Assembly: GCF_036971445.1 (NCBI RefSeq)
Contig: NC_091472.1
Location: forward strand, 181,164,001 to 181,228,000
Direction: 5' to 3'
DNA length: 64,000 bases
Source of the DNA: Narcine bancroftii
Lineage: Eukaryota
The position numbers were made by a program, and so were the translations under genes. How positions within the stretch are numbered: position 1 is the first letter of the stretch; each line of letters opens with the position of its first letter. Shown here in pieces: positions 26,076 through 40,039 of this stretch. The notes under the pieces are model-generated. The model saw only the letters and a program-made list of their open reading frames with translations. It was not told the DNA's origin and searched no databases.

Positions 26076-28490
26076 GTTCAAATTTATCATCAGAGTTCAT
26101 AGTGACATCACATACAATCATGAGATTCTTTTTCCTGCAGACCAGACAGAATTTCTAATTACTGGTAACTGTAATCTATACTTAAGAAGAAGGAAATGTA
26201 AACAAAAGTAAGAAATGAAAACAAACTTACTGTGCAAATGCAGAAATAAATATTCGCTAATAAATAATGTGCAAAGTGAGAGAACTTAAACGAGTCTCTG
26301 AATGAGTCTGTCCTTCAGAAGGCTGATGGTTGTGGGGTCACAGCTATTCCTGAACCTGGAAGTACAAGTCTTGTGGCACCTATACCTCTTTCCAAATGAT
26401 AGCAGTGAGAACAGAGCATAACCTGGGTGTGTGTGGATCTTAGATCATTTCTGCTGCTCTCTGATCGCAGCCTTCCATATGGATGTTATCGATGGTGGGG
26501 AGAGTTTTGCCTGTGATGTACTGAGCTGTGTCCTTTACCTTTTTTCAGAGTTTTCTGCTCAAATGTATTGGTGCAGTCATACCAGACTGCAATGGAGCTG
26601 GTCAGCACACATTTCACTAAGCATCTGTATATGTTTGCCAAGGTTTCCAATCTCAAACTGAACCTCCATAAACTCCTGAGGAAGTAGAGGCCCTGACATG
26701 CTTTCTTCACAATGACATTAGTGTGATTGATCCAAGAAATGTCCTCCAAGAAAGATACTCCCAGGAATTTAAATTTGCCCACACTCTCCAGCTCTGATCC
26801 CCTAATGATCTTTGTTTCACACACCTCTGGTTTTACTTTCATTCTTTTTTCTTTTTAAGATATTTGTATTGCATTCAATATACATGTTGCATTTAATATA
26901 ACAAAAAGAAAATATCATAATATAAACATATATAACTGGTAAAATGCACTAATTAATAATTTCCAATTTTCATTATTAATTATTGATTAATATTGTTCAT
27001 ATTTAAAATTAAAATCACATGAATTACATTATAATCAATCTGCTCATAACAATAAAATATCAAATAATGTTATGGTCTAGGACCATCTTATATAAACCCT
27101 AATTAATCAGCTTATTTTAAGAAAACAAGAAAAAGAAAAAAAAGGGGAAAAAATAAATTAATACTAATTTCCCTCTAATCAAGGTTACTTATAAAAGCAA
27201 ATAAAGAGAAGAGAAATAACAATAAAAATGGATCAGATCACTCCCTCCAGAAGCCAGAAGGAGCATCGCTGGAGCAACCAAACCACCTAAAACTGCCAAC
27301 CATGATTATAATCTATGAATGAACCCCATATCTTTTCAAACTGGAACTTTTTTATCTTTGATATTCTATCCAATTTTTTACCAAACTTAAATATGCCATT
27401 ACATCATGTAGCCACTTCCCATGAGTCGGTGGAAGTTCATCTTTCCACTTCATTAAAACCCCTCGTCTGGTTATCAGCGTACTAAAAGCTAAAGCCGCTT
27501 GAGATACCAAAAAAGGTATCATCGGATCGCCAATGGAGCCAAACAAGGCAATTAAAGGTCCCTTCCCTACAATCAGCTGCTTGGTCTTGGTGATATTGAG
27601 TGCGAGGTTGTTGGCACATCTCTCAGTCAAATTTTCAGTCTTCCTCCTATAGGCTGACTCATCATCCCTTTTTATACAACCCACGACCGTGGTATCATCA
27701 GAAAATTTGTAGATGGTGTTATTGTCACACCGAGCCACACAGACAGAGGTGTAGAGCAATTAGAACATGGAGCTAAGTATGCAACCTCCTGATGCTCCAC
27801 TACTGATGGAGGTTGCGGAGGAGATGTTCTTGCCAATCCACATTAGTTGTGGTCCGGAAATAAGGAAATCCAGGATCCAATTGCACAGTGGGGTATTGAG
27901 GCCCAGGCCTTGGAGTTGGCTGATGAGTTTTGAGGGGAAAATGGGCGTTGAATGCTGAGATGTAGTTAATAAAGAGCATCCTGATGTTTGCATCTTTTCT
28001 GTCCCGGTGTTTCAGGGTTTTTGTGTGGAGCCAGTGAGATGGCACCTGTTGCTGCAGTAGGCAAATTAGAACCTATCGCTAATGCACTCAGACAAGAGCT
28101 GATGTGCTTCAACACCAGTCCCTCAAAACACTTGATCAAGGTGTATGTTTGTACCACTGATTGATGTTCATTGAAGCAGGTTACCACTCTTCTTGGACAA
28201 AGGTATGATTGACACCTGTTTGAAACAGGTGGATACCATGCCCTGTCAGAGAGAGATGTTAAAGTTATCCATTAATACAGGAGCTAGTGGTTGCCACAGG
28301 TTTTCAGTACTCGACCAGGTACTCTGTCGAGTACACTTGCTTTCCTTGGATTCGTTCTCCTAAAGACATCATCTTTGGAAACTGACAGTAGAGGAAGGTC
28401 AAGGGAAGAAGGGGTGGGCAGCAGTTCTTCCTTGTTCTAGTGGTCAAATTTGGCATAATAAGCATTCAGCCCATTTGGGAGTGAAGTTTG
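26076..28490 (-). mobile_element. Rex1/Babar LINE (RT region to 3' tail), interrupted by an L1 fragment
   Basis: KCFEGLVLKHI, RMLFINYISAFN, LCNWILDFL, YKFSDDTTVVGCI, KFKFLGV, KKACQGLYFLRSL motifs in ORF track. Confidence 0.92.
26843..27565 (-). mobile_element. 5'-truncated L1 (ORF2 C-terminus, 3' UTR, poly-A) nested in Rex1/Babar
   Basis: LIALFGS..RRGVLMKWKDELPPTHGKWLHDVMAYLSL..FEKIWGSF; A-rich tail at 26843-26857. Confidence 0.85.
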
Positions 28491-30699
28491 CTAGCTCCGA
28501 CCGTTGGTTTTGTTGCGTTATGTAACTTAAACCCTGTCACAACTTGGTGATGTAATACTAACTGCATTTCCAAATTTAATTTCCAGATTTTCTCATTTCT
28601 CTTTTCCTTGCTGTCTTTGTTGGATCATATTAATGCCATTCCTAAAATGCTAATGTGTTCTTTTTAAAGTTTCCTTCTCTTGTACTCAGATCAAAGCTCA
28701 CAGCCAGAAAATTATTTCCAGTAAATTATTACTCCCAGCTGCCATGGTTACAACCAATGGCAGCATCACATCCACCCATTTCCTTAATTATTTCAGAGTC
28801 TGGTTGACAACCAAATCTTGATTCACACATCACTGTTGAGGAGTCGGTTCTGCTCTGGTTCAAGACCAGGTTGACTTTCATGTTTCACCCCTGATTCAGG
28901 ATGGGTTCATTTCCACAAATAACCTGAATTAATTGTTGAATCATTTACTCCATCACAGCTTCAACTGATGAACCTAATAGCACTCATTGTTTTTCTGGTC
29001 TTAAATCTCTGTTTATGATTTTGAATTTTTTGTGCATTTCCTTGTAATTAAAGTGACCATCCTTTTCCACAAAGAAACACAAAGCTGCAGATACAGAAAT
29101 CTTGAGCTGGCAAAAATTGCTGGAGGAATTCAAAAGTTCAGACAGCATCTTGTTCCAGTGCCTGGGACATTAGTTCAATCTACCAGAGAAATGGGGCATT
29201 TAAGATCTAGGCTCAGGATTCAAAGGTATCCCTTGTCCTACTATTCTCAACCATACTCTCACTTGAAGCAATCTCATAACTAATTTGCAAACACTTCCAG
29301 GTTCACTCTCCTTTTGCAACTAGCTTCATGACTTCTGAAGATGGACTGCCATCAATCGCCATCTATGCTCTTATCTTTCATATGGTGAAGGTTATGTGTG
29401 GGCAATTACCTGAGCACCTCAGATCCTGAAAGAGATAGAATTAACATATTTTGCTCATCTGCAGATTATGACTCCTCAAACGCATTTTTGAAGTGACGTT
29501 CCTTTCAGATCCAGATCAGATTTCAGATTTATTGTCCGAGTACATACATGACATCACATACAACCTTTTTCTTGCGTGCCAGGCAGAATTACTCCTTTCC
29601 TGCCAAAGCTGGGCCCTCATAAAGACTTATAATGCTGGTCAGATTCCAGAGTGACAGGGGGCTCAACTTCCCAATCAATCATTCCCTTGCTTGTCTACAG
29701 GAGAGAAGATCATGAACTAGGGGGTCCAAATTATTACACAACTTACAAAATCCCTTTGTTGCATAAAAATAATTCATCAAGCAAAATTTCATAAACCATT
29801 AAGGCTGGGCAAAATGCATTATAGGCATTTTGAAACAGTGTATTTCTAGAACGAGAGAGTAGCATGTTTTCCATCACATGAAAAATGGCTTTGTAGATTG
29901 GATTTGAGTACGTGAAAGACTTAATGGCATTTTCACAAAAAATTGTAAAACCATCTTTTGTACGAGGACTTACTGTATTTACTACCACAATCCACTGCGT
30001 ACTTGTGGACATCAATAAACAGTGTCCCCTTCTCTTGCTAGAGCATCCCTTCCAGTACTAAAGTTTGCATTTTGCATGTTGTGATCCCAGTATTCATTCT
30101 CCTAGTTCCACAAACCCTTTAAGGCAGCTTTAGCATCAACCCTTTCTTCCTCTGCATTTTGTCCCCTATAATTCCTTCATGATTAACTCCAAATACTGTG
30201 ATTATTTCTTCTAATTCACTCATTATTAATTGTTGTCTGCTGATATATGTCTATCAACAATATTGCTGTTTCATGTTTCTTTTGCCTCATAGAAACCTTC
30301 CAATTCTTCAAAACTTTTTTTCTTGAGCAGGACTCCCAACCAAGGAAGTATTCCTGGGCATTTCACTCTGTCATGATAATTTCCCACGCAGAGCACTTTT
30401 CATCAGCTTAGAAATAATTTTTCTTAATTTAAAGGCATTTCTGGTCATCAATATTTCCCTTGAAACACAAAGTCCTAGCACAGTCATTTAAATTTACGGG
30501 AACAGATATTTGCACCCCTTTCTCCAATTCCAACAACTAAGATAATAAAGATTCAATTAAATTTATTTAGATTGGTATCACAAGTTCTGCAAATAGACCA
30601 GTGCCTGCACCAGAATTACAATTCTCTTCCTTTATTGTGCAGGTCCAAAGCTTCGTTGTCGAGCCCAAAGATTCCTTGGATGGCCAGTATGGGCTAAAT

Positions 30700-31071
30700 C
30701 AATGGCATTTCAAACTTTTTTTTTCTCCACTCGCATTCCACCTTAAGTAATGCCTGTGCCATCGGTGCTCTGTGATTAGTAAGGGATTGCTTAAGGTGGT
30801 AATGTGAGCGGGAAGGGAAGGTTGAGAATCACTGCTCTAGACCCAATTGTGACTGAAATATTTTGCTTGAGAAAAATTGTCATTGACCCATTTCCTTTGG
30901 AGTGATGAAACCGTGCACATAACAAGTCAATGAGGTACGATTGAAACAGTGGTTTTCAAACTTTTTCTTTCCACTCACATACCTTAATGCCTTACTAATC
31001 ACAGAGCACCTATGGCAGAGGGAATACTTAAAGAGGTATGTGAGTGAAAAGAAAAAGTTTAAAAACCACTG
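30700..31071 (+). mobile_element. Composite hAT MITE copy
   Basis: Same unit-spacer-inverted unit layout as 4026-4400; inner junctions ..ATCACTG|CTCTAGAC and ..GATTGAAA|CAGTGG. Confidence 0.88.
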
Positions 31072-31187
31072 TTTTAATCCAACCAGTAGGTGAATTCTTC
31101 TGTGGCCTCTGGAACAGGGGATCAACCTGGAGCATGCTGGACTTCAATAGGGTTTCCATCCCAACTCCAAAAATAAGCTAATAAAAT

Positions 31188-31483
31188 TGTAACATGATCT
31201 CTAGTACTCGGAGCCTTGTGAGGAGCAGAAACTCGCTTTTATTAGCTTACATCTATTGGCCAGTATTTACAGAGACCTTCAGGTCATTCTGGGGTAAGAT
31301 GGGTAAACAGGATTTATATTGGGGCTGACAGGGGCAGAGCCAAGAGGAGGGGTTGGGCATCTACTCTACATATAGGTGGGAGCAACGCGCTCTTCTCAGC
31401 CAATTCCTCCACTGCCCCGGACGCCGGCGTTTCAACGGGGGGTTCGGGTGCCTTCGTCAGGCGACCGACCTGTTGGTCCAACA
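31188..31483 (-). mobile_element. Probable solo LTR
   Basis: TGTAAC...CAACA termini; AATAAA and AATATAAA on the minus strand; no TSD recognised. Confidence 0.4.
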
Positions 31484-31706
31484 CAAGGGGAGAGTGTACA
31501 AACTCCACACAGACAGCACCTGAACTCGGGTGAACGTGGAGCTGCGACCCCACATTCCGCATCAGGACTGTGTGTAAGATTGGGAGCAGTGAGACGGAAG
31601 CTTATTTTGTTCCTGTGATTTAAGCCTTTCTTGGGGTGGGGGGGGGGGTCCTTCTCTGACCACTTGCCTAACAATTAACCTAATCAGATGTGGAGTTACC
31701 ACAATA

Positions 31707-31893
31707 CAACAGTTCTCAACCTTTTTCTTTCCACTCGCGTCCCTGTGCCATTGGTGCTCTGTGATTAGTAAGGGATTGCTTAAGGTGGTCTGTGGGTGGA
31801 AAGAAAAAGTTTGAAGACCACTGCTTTAATCATCTCTCATTGACTCGTCATGTGCACGGTTTCAGACGCTAAAGGAAATGGGCCAATGACAAT
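31707..31893 (-). mobile_element. Partial composite hAT MITE (one unit plus most of the spacer)
   Basis: Unit then reverse-complement spacer (CATTGACTCGTCATGTGCACGGTTTC..AAGGAAATGGGCCAATGACAAT). Confidence 0.85.
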
Positions 31894-31894
31894 G

Positions 31895-32086
31895 ACAATG
31901 AAAGAGTTTATCCAAAACTATTATTAAACATTTATTTTAATAAGAAAAAGTTTAATATTACATATGTTGAAAGAAGAGAAAACATGCAGATGTTGTTGAA
32001 AATTTTCAATAAATATTTAGTTCGGCCCTTGACTTAGTCCAAGTTTTTAATTTTGGCCCTCCGTGAATTTGAGTTTGACACCCCTG
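31895..32086. mobile_element. One end of a different hAT element inserted into L1 ORF2
   Basis: TIR CAGGGGTGTCAAACTCAAATTCACGGAGGGCC (minus strand); abuts GTCTATAT, a Charlie-like target site inside the L1 'SSYRP' codons. Confidence 0.75.
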
Positions 32087-35000
32087 GTCTATATGAAGAT
32101 ACTTACAAAGGATCTCTATCTTTTTTTAGGAATTACTGTAATTAAAGCACTAGAACAAGACTCAGTTAATTCATAATGTTCTCCAACTTGACATAATACA
32201 TCCCGAAACACTGTAGATAAATCATCATAAACATTTTTATAAAATTCAACTGAAAATCCATCATCACCAGATAATTTACCATTCGGCATTTCCAGCATAG
32301 CCATTTTAATTTCCGAATCAGTAAATGGTTCTTCTAACTCCGGTATATCTCCATCCTCTAATATCAGTATATTCAACTGTGATAAAAAAAGATCAATCGA
32401 TCCAGTTTCTTGTTTTCCTTCAGATGTATATAACTTTTTATAAAATGAACAAAATTTATCATTAATCTCACGAGGTTTATAAGTAATAAGAAAATTCCAT
32501 CTAACAGCATTAATAGTCCTTGATATCCATTCTTTCTTTAATTGGCATGCCAATATCTTATGTGCTTTCTCTCCCCATTCGTAATACCATTATTTAGTCC
32601 TATTAATCACACATTCAAATTGATAAGATTGCAAAGTATTATATTCCAATTTCAACCTAGATAATTCTATTTTCTGATCTTCTGTAGCATCTTTCTGATA
32701 TCCCTTTTCTAACTCATCGATCTGTTTCTCTAATTCAAGATTCTGATTTTATCGATTCTTTTTTATTTTAGAAGTATAACTAATTATTTGTCCTCTCAAA
32801 TAGGTTTTCATTGCATCCCATAATACAAACTTACTTTGAACAGAATTAGAATTTTCTTTCAAAAAAAATTAATTTGTTTTTACAAAAAATCTATAAATTC
32901 CATATTTTTAACAACATTGTATTAAATCTCCAATGATAAGCTATTTGAGTTTTCTCAGAAGTTTCATATGTAAAATATAACAGAGAATGATCTGAAATCA
33001 CCCTACTTTTATATTCCGCTTGTTGTATTTTCCCTTGTAAATATGCCGATACTAAAAAGAACTCAATCCTTGAAAACGATTCATGTCTAGATGAATAAAA
33101 GGAAAAAAATCTTTCTCTGTCGGATTAAGACGTCTCCAAATATCTACTAAATTAAGATCTTTCATCAACGCTTGGACCTGAATTGCCATCTTGGATTTTT
33201 TAACTTTCTTCGGTGATTTATCTAATAAAGGTTCCAAAATACAATTAAAATCACCACCAACTAAAATATTATCATTAGCCTGACACAAACATAAAAATGC
33301 ATCTGAAATAAATATTTCATCTTCTGCATTTGGGGCATAAATATTAAGTAAAGTCCAAAATTCACTAATAATCTTACAATTCAATTTAAGAATACATCCT
33401 GCCTTTTCCTCCATTGATTGTAATTCAAAAGATAAATTTTTATGCATCAAAATTGCTACACCTTTAGCTCTAGAATTAAATGAAGAAGAATATACATGCC
33501 CAACCCAGTCCCTTTTTATTTTCACACTTTCCTTCACATTCAAATGTGTTTCTTGTAAAAAAGCAATATCAATTTTCATTTTCTTAATATACGCCAAGAC
33601 TCGCTTACATTTAATCCGACTATTTAATCCTCGAACATTAAAAGTAGCAAACCTCAACTTTGACCTATCTACTATTATTACTAAATACCAATAATATCTT
33701 TATATAAAAACTCAAATGAATATATATAGGCCCTGCAATAGAAAAAAAATCACAAATTAAAAACTAACAAAAATGAAATTTAAAAAAATAATAAAGGAAA
33801 AAGAAAGAAACCCCCCCCCCCCCAAATAAAAACTACCAAAGGTAGTAATCCCCTAAACAAAAATTGGGTGTGGGTCACCCACCAGTGGCTGATGACTAGT
33901 AAAGAACTTAGTGCAAATCTCTCCCTCCCCCGCCAAACAATCAATAACATCAAAGTATCATAATAACAAAAGAAAAAAATAGAATAAGAAAATTCTTCTT
34001 TTCATCCAAAAGATTCCAATCTTGGAGATCCCATTTCAGAAGGAGGTAGACTCTTTCCATTCCCATTTTTACCATTTCTTCCATTTCCAGAACAACCAGA
34101 TTTTTCTTTAGGAGATAATGGTGGACTACATCTTTGTCCTCTTATATCTGGCAATGAATCATCAAAAATCATTGCTTCATGATCAGTTTCAAAAAACTGA
34201 AATTGATAGTCTCCATAAAACACCTTCAATACTGCAGGATAACGAAAAGTAGACTTATAACCTTTACGCCACAAAACTTCTTTAACTGGATTAAATCAAC
34301 GTCGACTCAAATCAAGATAAAAAAAAGACTCTGCTATTCTAAATCAATAATGGGGTTTGTCATTGTCTCACATTTTGGACTGCAATTTGAAGTATTGTTT
34401 CTCTGTCCAAATACCTCAAACATCGAATTATTACCGTTCTCGATGGTTGACTAGCTGAGGGTGTTCTTCTTAAAGCTCTATGGGCTCTTTCCAGTACCAA
34501 TCCCCCAGAGAAAAATTCTTGCCCTAATATTTGTGGAATCCAGTCTTTAAAGAAACGAAGAGGATCTTGTCCTTCTATACCTTCTGGCAAACCAACAATT
34601 TTCACATTATTCCTTCTGCTTTGATTCTCCAAGTAATCTATTTTTCTTTCTAGCTCCTTCTCATGTTCTCCTAGTTCTATGATTGATTTTTCCACCTTCA
34701 ACACTTTTTCTGTGTTAGAAGTCACTTGTTGTTTACAGTCCAAAAAAGCAGTCTGAATTTTAAAAAAATCTTTACAAGATCCATCCACACGTATCTTAAC
34801 CACATTTAATTCTGAACTTATACCAGCATTCATTTGAACCTTTTCATTCATTTGAGATGTCAACAAATCTATTTCAGGTTTTATAACAGCTTGAACAATA
34901 ACATTCAATTGCATACACTGTGAATTGGTAAAACTCAGCTCTGCTCTCTCTGACATATTGGCAGAACAAGGTAACTGCAGCTCCTGTTGCAACTCAACAG

Positions 35001-35611
35001 AAGGCATTTTAAAAGTTTTACTGCGGGTCTGGACTCCCAGCGACAGCACTCCGACTTCTTCAGGGGGTCGCCGCTGGTCTCCCCCCATATCTCGTTGCTT
35101 TCTCATCAATTCGAGAAAAAAATGATTTCTTCAGATTGAAATGCTACCTGATGCATTTCCAACAATGGAGTTGTCTTCCTGTGTGCTCCCTCCGTTGAAA
35201 TCGAAAGGCTTTCCAAATCGGGGTCCACTTCTTGGGAACACGCACCTTCTTCCAGAGAATGGGTAATTCCAGCGCCATCCTTCACTTGGTGAGCAATAGA
35301 CTTTTTTTTCAGCCCCCACACGCAATCTTTGAGGTTTAGACAATGAAGAGATTGAGCCTGGGGCTGTATCAAGTCATCTAGGCCCCAAATTTTCAGCACT
35401 TCGAAAATGTAACTTCTTCTGAACTTGAGGTTTAATCTTTTTACCATTAGTGGCCATAATAATTCCTTAATACTTTAAACTAAAATTTAAAAAGTTTAAA
35501 CTTGAAAACAAAGAGTTAAAAAGCAGGTATTTAAAAGTCTGGCCAGAGAGGTCGAGATTACACAACTGGACTCTACGCCATCTTGCCACGCCCCCCCCCC
35601 CCCCCCCCACC
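32087..35611 (-). mobile_element. Fish-type L1 LINE, 5' half (5' UTR, ORF1, spacer, ORF2 endonuclease to pre-RT); frameshifted, 3' part lost
   Basis: Start GGGG..CGTGGCAAGATGGCG; ORF1 LENQSRRNNVKIVGLPEG/ERAHRAL/YPAVLKV (34002-35343); APE ATFNVRGLN..FLQETH..LNIYAPN..GGDFN (33052-33657); KLSGDDGFSVEFY (32116-32553). Confidence 0.95.
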
Positions 35612-35617
35612 CGTGGC

Positions 35618-36022
35618 TAGAACTTCAAGAACTGTTTCAGGGAAAGGTTAAACAGGTTAGGACTTTATTCCCTGGAGAATAGAAGAATGAAGGAAGAGGT
35701 ATACAAAATTATGAGAGGTGTAGATAGAGTAAACACAAGTAGGTTTTTCCACAGTGAGTAAGTGAGATATAAACCAGAGAACGTGGGTTGAGGGTGATAG
35801 GGGAAACTTCCTCACACAGAGAGTGGTGGGAGTGTGGATTGAGCTGCCAGCTGAGGTGGTGAATGCAAGCTCAGTTTTAATATTAAAGAAAAATTTGGAC
35901 AGATGAATGGATGGGAGGTTTAAGGAGGATCCAGGCAAGAAGGATTCGGCAGAATAATAGCTCAGCAGAGACTAATAGGGCTAAAGGGCCAATTTTATGT
36001 GCTGCAATGTTCTATGATTCTC
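35618..36022 (+). mobile_element. CR1 LINE 3' end
   Basis: Homologous to 24715-25148 (AGGTTAAACAGGTTAGGACTT..AAGGGCC..TGTTCTATGATTCT). Confidence 0.85.
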
Positions 36023-36493
36023 TGGTGACAACACTACTGGATTATTGTAAAATTCCATCTACTTCCCTCATGCCTTTCTGTTGATCTGTAACGTTGTGGC
36101 TGAGCATATCCATCATTCTGCTAATAATGCCATTACCATCAATAGTGTGGATCAACCCTGGCTGAAAGAGGAGTGCAGAAGGGTACGGTGAGAGCTGCTC
36201 CAGGCTGACATAAAAATGAGGGGCAACTTCAAAGTACTATTTAGATCCTCAACAGCAAAATATGCCAAGTGATCTCACAACACTAGGATCTGAGGCATGC
36301 TGAATTACCATGCTATGATCACTTTATCCTGGGTTATCCTTTGTTATGAGAGCATAAATTCAACCTTTCTCACAAAGCAATGCCAGATCTGAAATAGCAT
36401 GCTCACTGTTTAGCTCCTCATCCGAGGAATCATCCCAAATGCTCTCTATGAATTTGTCCTTGAGCCTTTATTATAGCAATGATCAAATAAAGA

Positions 36494-36552
36494 ATTATTA
36501 CCAATTATTACCAATTACCAATTATTACCAATAATGTCCTGTTACCAATTTA
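36494..36552. repeat. Short (ATTACCA)n tandem repeat
   Basis: Direct reading, ~5 imperfect units. Confidence 0.8.
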
Positions 36553-37199
36553 ATTTATTCATTTGGGAAATGTGATCTTTCACTGTAGCATTTATTAGTG
36601 CATAATTTATGTTGATTTTAGAAAAAAACCACACAATTCCCAATTCCCAGGTTCACATATGGCACAGAAGTCAAAACAACTGTAAGCTATTTTTAAACAA
36701 GCTGGTTATCTCCTTCATGAGGTTTCTGATTCCTAAAACTAGGCATGTGACACGACACGATCGTCACTGTAAACATTAGGAATATCGATCTACATCAAAC
36801 CTTCAAATAAATCCCATTTATAATAAAGTGAACTTGTTTGGTCTCAGATTGTCCTTTAAAGGTTTTTGTTCACGGTTTAAATGAAAGAATAAAGCCAATT
36901 AAGTTTAGACCATTAAGTCCATTTTAAAAAAAGTGAGGAGGAATTTATTCTCTCTGAGTTTAGAAGCATTGGAATTTCCATCTTTTAAAGCTGCAGATGC
37001 AGAATCTAAGTATTCTTGAGGTTGAGAGAGACCAGTTTCCAGACTGTGGAAAAACCAAAGGTTATAAAGAACAGGCAGGAGAGTGAAACTGAATCTATTG
37101 TCATAACCACGATTTTGGTCTACTGCTCCTGGTTCGTGAATCCTCACACAGCACGATTTCAATTCGACGATCTGCCTTTACAGATTAGTTGACCATTCT

Positions 37200-37735
37200 A
37201 CTGCCAGTTGAGAATATATTTGAAATGAATATATACAATCATACCATTACAGGGGATAACCGAATTTCAAGAAGACATTGAGATCGAAAGAGCCCATAGA
37301 GCACTGTGACCAAAACCGTAGCCAGATCAAAACCCACGTTCAATACTGGTCACATTTCTTCATTATGAAGTGAAGGAAAAAAATCTTGGAACTGGCAGAA
37401 AAACAAGCGAAAGAGAAACAATTGCTATTTATTTATAATGAAAATAAGATCTTCTTTTACCCTGACACAAGTTTTGATATGTTGAAAAAAAAAATTTAAT
37501 GCTGTTAAAAATGTGTTATGGAAAAAAAGGTTATGCTTTTGTTTTAAGGTATCTGGCAGTACTGAAAGTTTTTGTTCCTGATGGAAAAAAATAGATTTCT
37601 AGTGGAACCTAATGAAGCAAAAGTGTTTGCAGATTCATTGCCTGAGAAAGAGAGACAAGTGAGTTATGTTTGAAGTGAGAGAGAATAGAAAGATTACAGT
37701 AGAAGATATAAAAGAAAAAAATAAATATATGCTTT

Positions 37736-37781
<46 letters not shown>

Positions 37782-39645
37782 TTGAGAGGAAAATTCTTAC
37801 CCAGAAGATCTATAAATAAGTTTAAAATGTTAATTGGCAGAGATTGAATGGATCTGAGACAATAAGAGACAGTATAATATTTTGGGGGAACCAGTTGGGA
37901 GTACGAGTCTAGCTTTTGCACAATCGTATACGCGGATGTGGTCTTGGCCGCAACTCCGACAGAGAAATATAAATAATTTAAGTTGAATTTTTACCATTAT
38001 TAAAATATAGGGAAGAAGTCTTGAGAAGGTTGAAAGATTTACTAATAATGTTAATAGAATGGGTGAATTGTATTAAAATGAATATCTTTCCGATAATACA
38101 ATATTTATTTCTATCTTTGCCCATTCATGTACCTGAATAATTTTTTCAAAGTTTGAATAAAATAATATGAGAATTTATTTGGAAAGCCAAGATGTCAAGA
38201 GTTGGTTTGGAAAAAATTAATGTGCAAATTTGATCAGGATGGACTATTTCAGAACAGTTCATTTGAGATTCTTGTCCTCCTGTTATCAAAGGGGTGAAAA
38301 AGTTGCTTGGGTACAGATTGAAATGAATAACGTTAGAGAATCCATCCCAGAACAAATTTTATATAAATGGAATAATGAGTTGCTTTAAGGAATAAATGAG
38401 ACATTCATTTTAAAACATTTTTAAAATATGGAATGGAATTCATATGGAGAGAGGACTTAGAAATTATCAATGACCAAAAATGTTGGTAAAACAAATTCCA
38501 CTTCTTCCTTTTCCATTGAATAATTCTTTATTTGATCATTGGTTTAGTAAAGGTTATAGAGAGGATAAAAGATTGTTTCTGAAGATCATTTTTTAAAAAC
38601 TTTTGAGCAATTAAAAGATAAATAGGATATACAAAATAATACAATTTTAACTGATAATACGCAAAGATTCTATTTAAAAGAGAAATTGGGAACAGATTTG
38701 AGGCTTCCAAACAAAGTCAGTTTGAAGATATAACAGATACATTTATGGTCAAGAAATTTTTTATTAATATGTATATAAAATTACAAGAGACTGTAAAGAA
38801 AAAAGATTTATATAAATCAAAAATTCATAGGAGAAAGATTTAAATATACAAATTCAAGAGGAAGTCTGGTCAAAATTGTGTCAAGAGAGTGTTACGAATA
38901 CAGTTAATGCCAGATACCAAATGGTTCAATATAATTTTCTCCATCAATTATATTATACTCCACAAAAAATAAATGGACATAACCCTAATAATTCTGCTAA
39001 GTGTTTTCGATGTACTAAATAAATAGGGACTTTTTTTTACATGCGGTATGGTCTTCTGAAAAAGTGGAAAGGTTTTGGAATGATTTGAATGTTTTACTAG
39101 GACAAATTATGAAGATAAAGATATTTTTACTTGGGAATATATATATGAAAAGGATGTAAAGTTGAAATTGGATAAATGTTAAGAAAAAGTTTTAAGTATA
39201 GCAATAGGGACTGTGAAGAAGTTTATAGCAATAACATGGAAAATTGAAAATGAAGTATTATTAAGAAGATGGCATAATGAAATGCAAAATTGTTTTCCTT
39301 AAAAATAACATATAGTTTAAGGAATAGAGTTGAGTTTTTTTATAATATTTGGAAACCATATATGGATTTTATGAATAAATTTCCATCCACCTCTTCCACA
39401 CACTCCCCTCTCATTATAATAATAATCAATAAAAATGTATACAATGAATATGTATAGACTGACAATACTATATTCGTAGCAATAGGTGTTTTTTCCTTTT
39501 CTTTCCTTTTTTTTGGGAGAGAGGGGTTGGGGAAAAAAATAAAAGTTCTTTTTTATTATATCACCATGTATGACTAAATGATGTTATATTATTGAATTTT
39601 TTTTCTTTATTGATTCAATGATAAATAAAATTTTCAAAAATAAAA
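37200..39645 (+). mobile_element. Degenerate L1 with large internal deletion (ORF1 C-terminal half, ORF2 C-terminus, 3' UTR/poly-A)
   Basis: IEIERAHRAL and YLAVLKVF ORF1 motifs; YNFLHQLYYTP..CFRC..FWNDL..IAITWK ORF2 motifs; AATAAA plus A-rich end at 39620-39645. Confidence 0.85.
37739..37777. repeat. (AG)n microsatellite
   Basis: Direct reading. Confidence 0.97.
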
Positions 39646-40039
39646 GCAGCTCCCGAGGCCCTTCAGGAACCAATCTTGCCCACAGCAGCTTCTTGAATCC
39701 CATTCGATACCTGATTCCCATGAACCAGTCTCCTGCAGCCTGTGCGAGTCCTTCGACTGCAAATTGCTAACCCCCTTCAGCCTGCATGGGTCCTTCAGTC
39801 ACTGAACCCCTTGCTGGTCCGCTGCAGTGGTTGCCTCCTAAGCTTCTCCTTCCCATTGAGTGGGTTGTTCTCCCTGTTTTTGATGCCCACTGTTACTTGT
39901 GGTACACTGCACAGCACAGGTGCTGCCATCTTGGGTACAGATCTCCAAGGTTGTAAGATTTAGATAAAACACTGTTGGCTCCTTAATCAGGCTATTTAAG
40001 CAGCTCTGGCAGCGCCACCATTTTTATCATTTAGCTATA

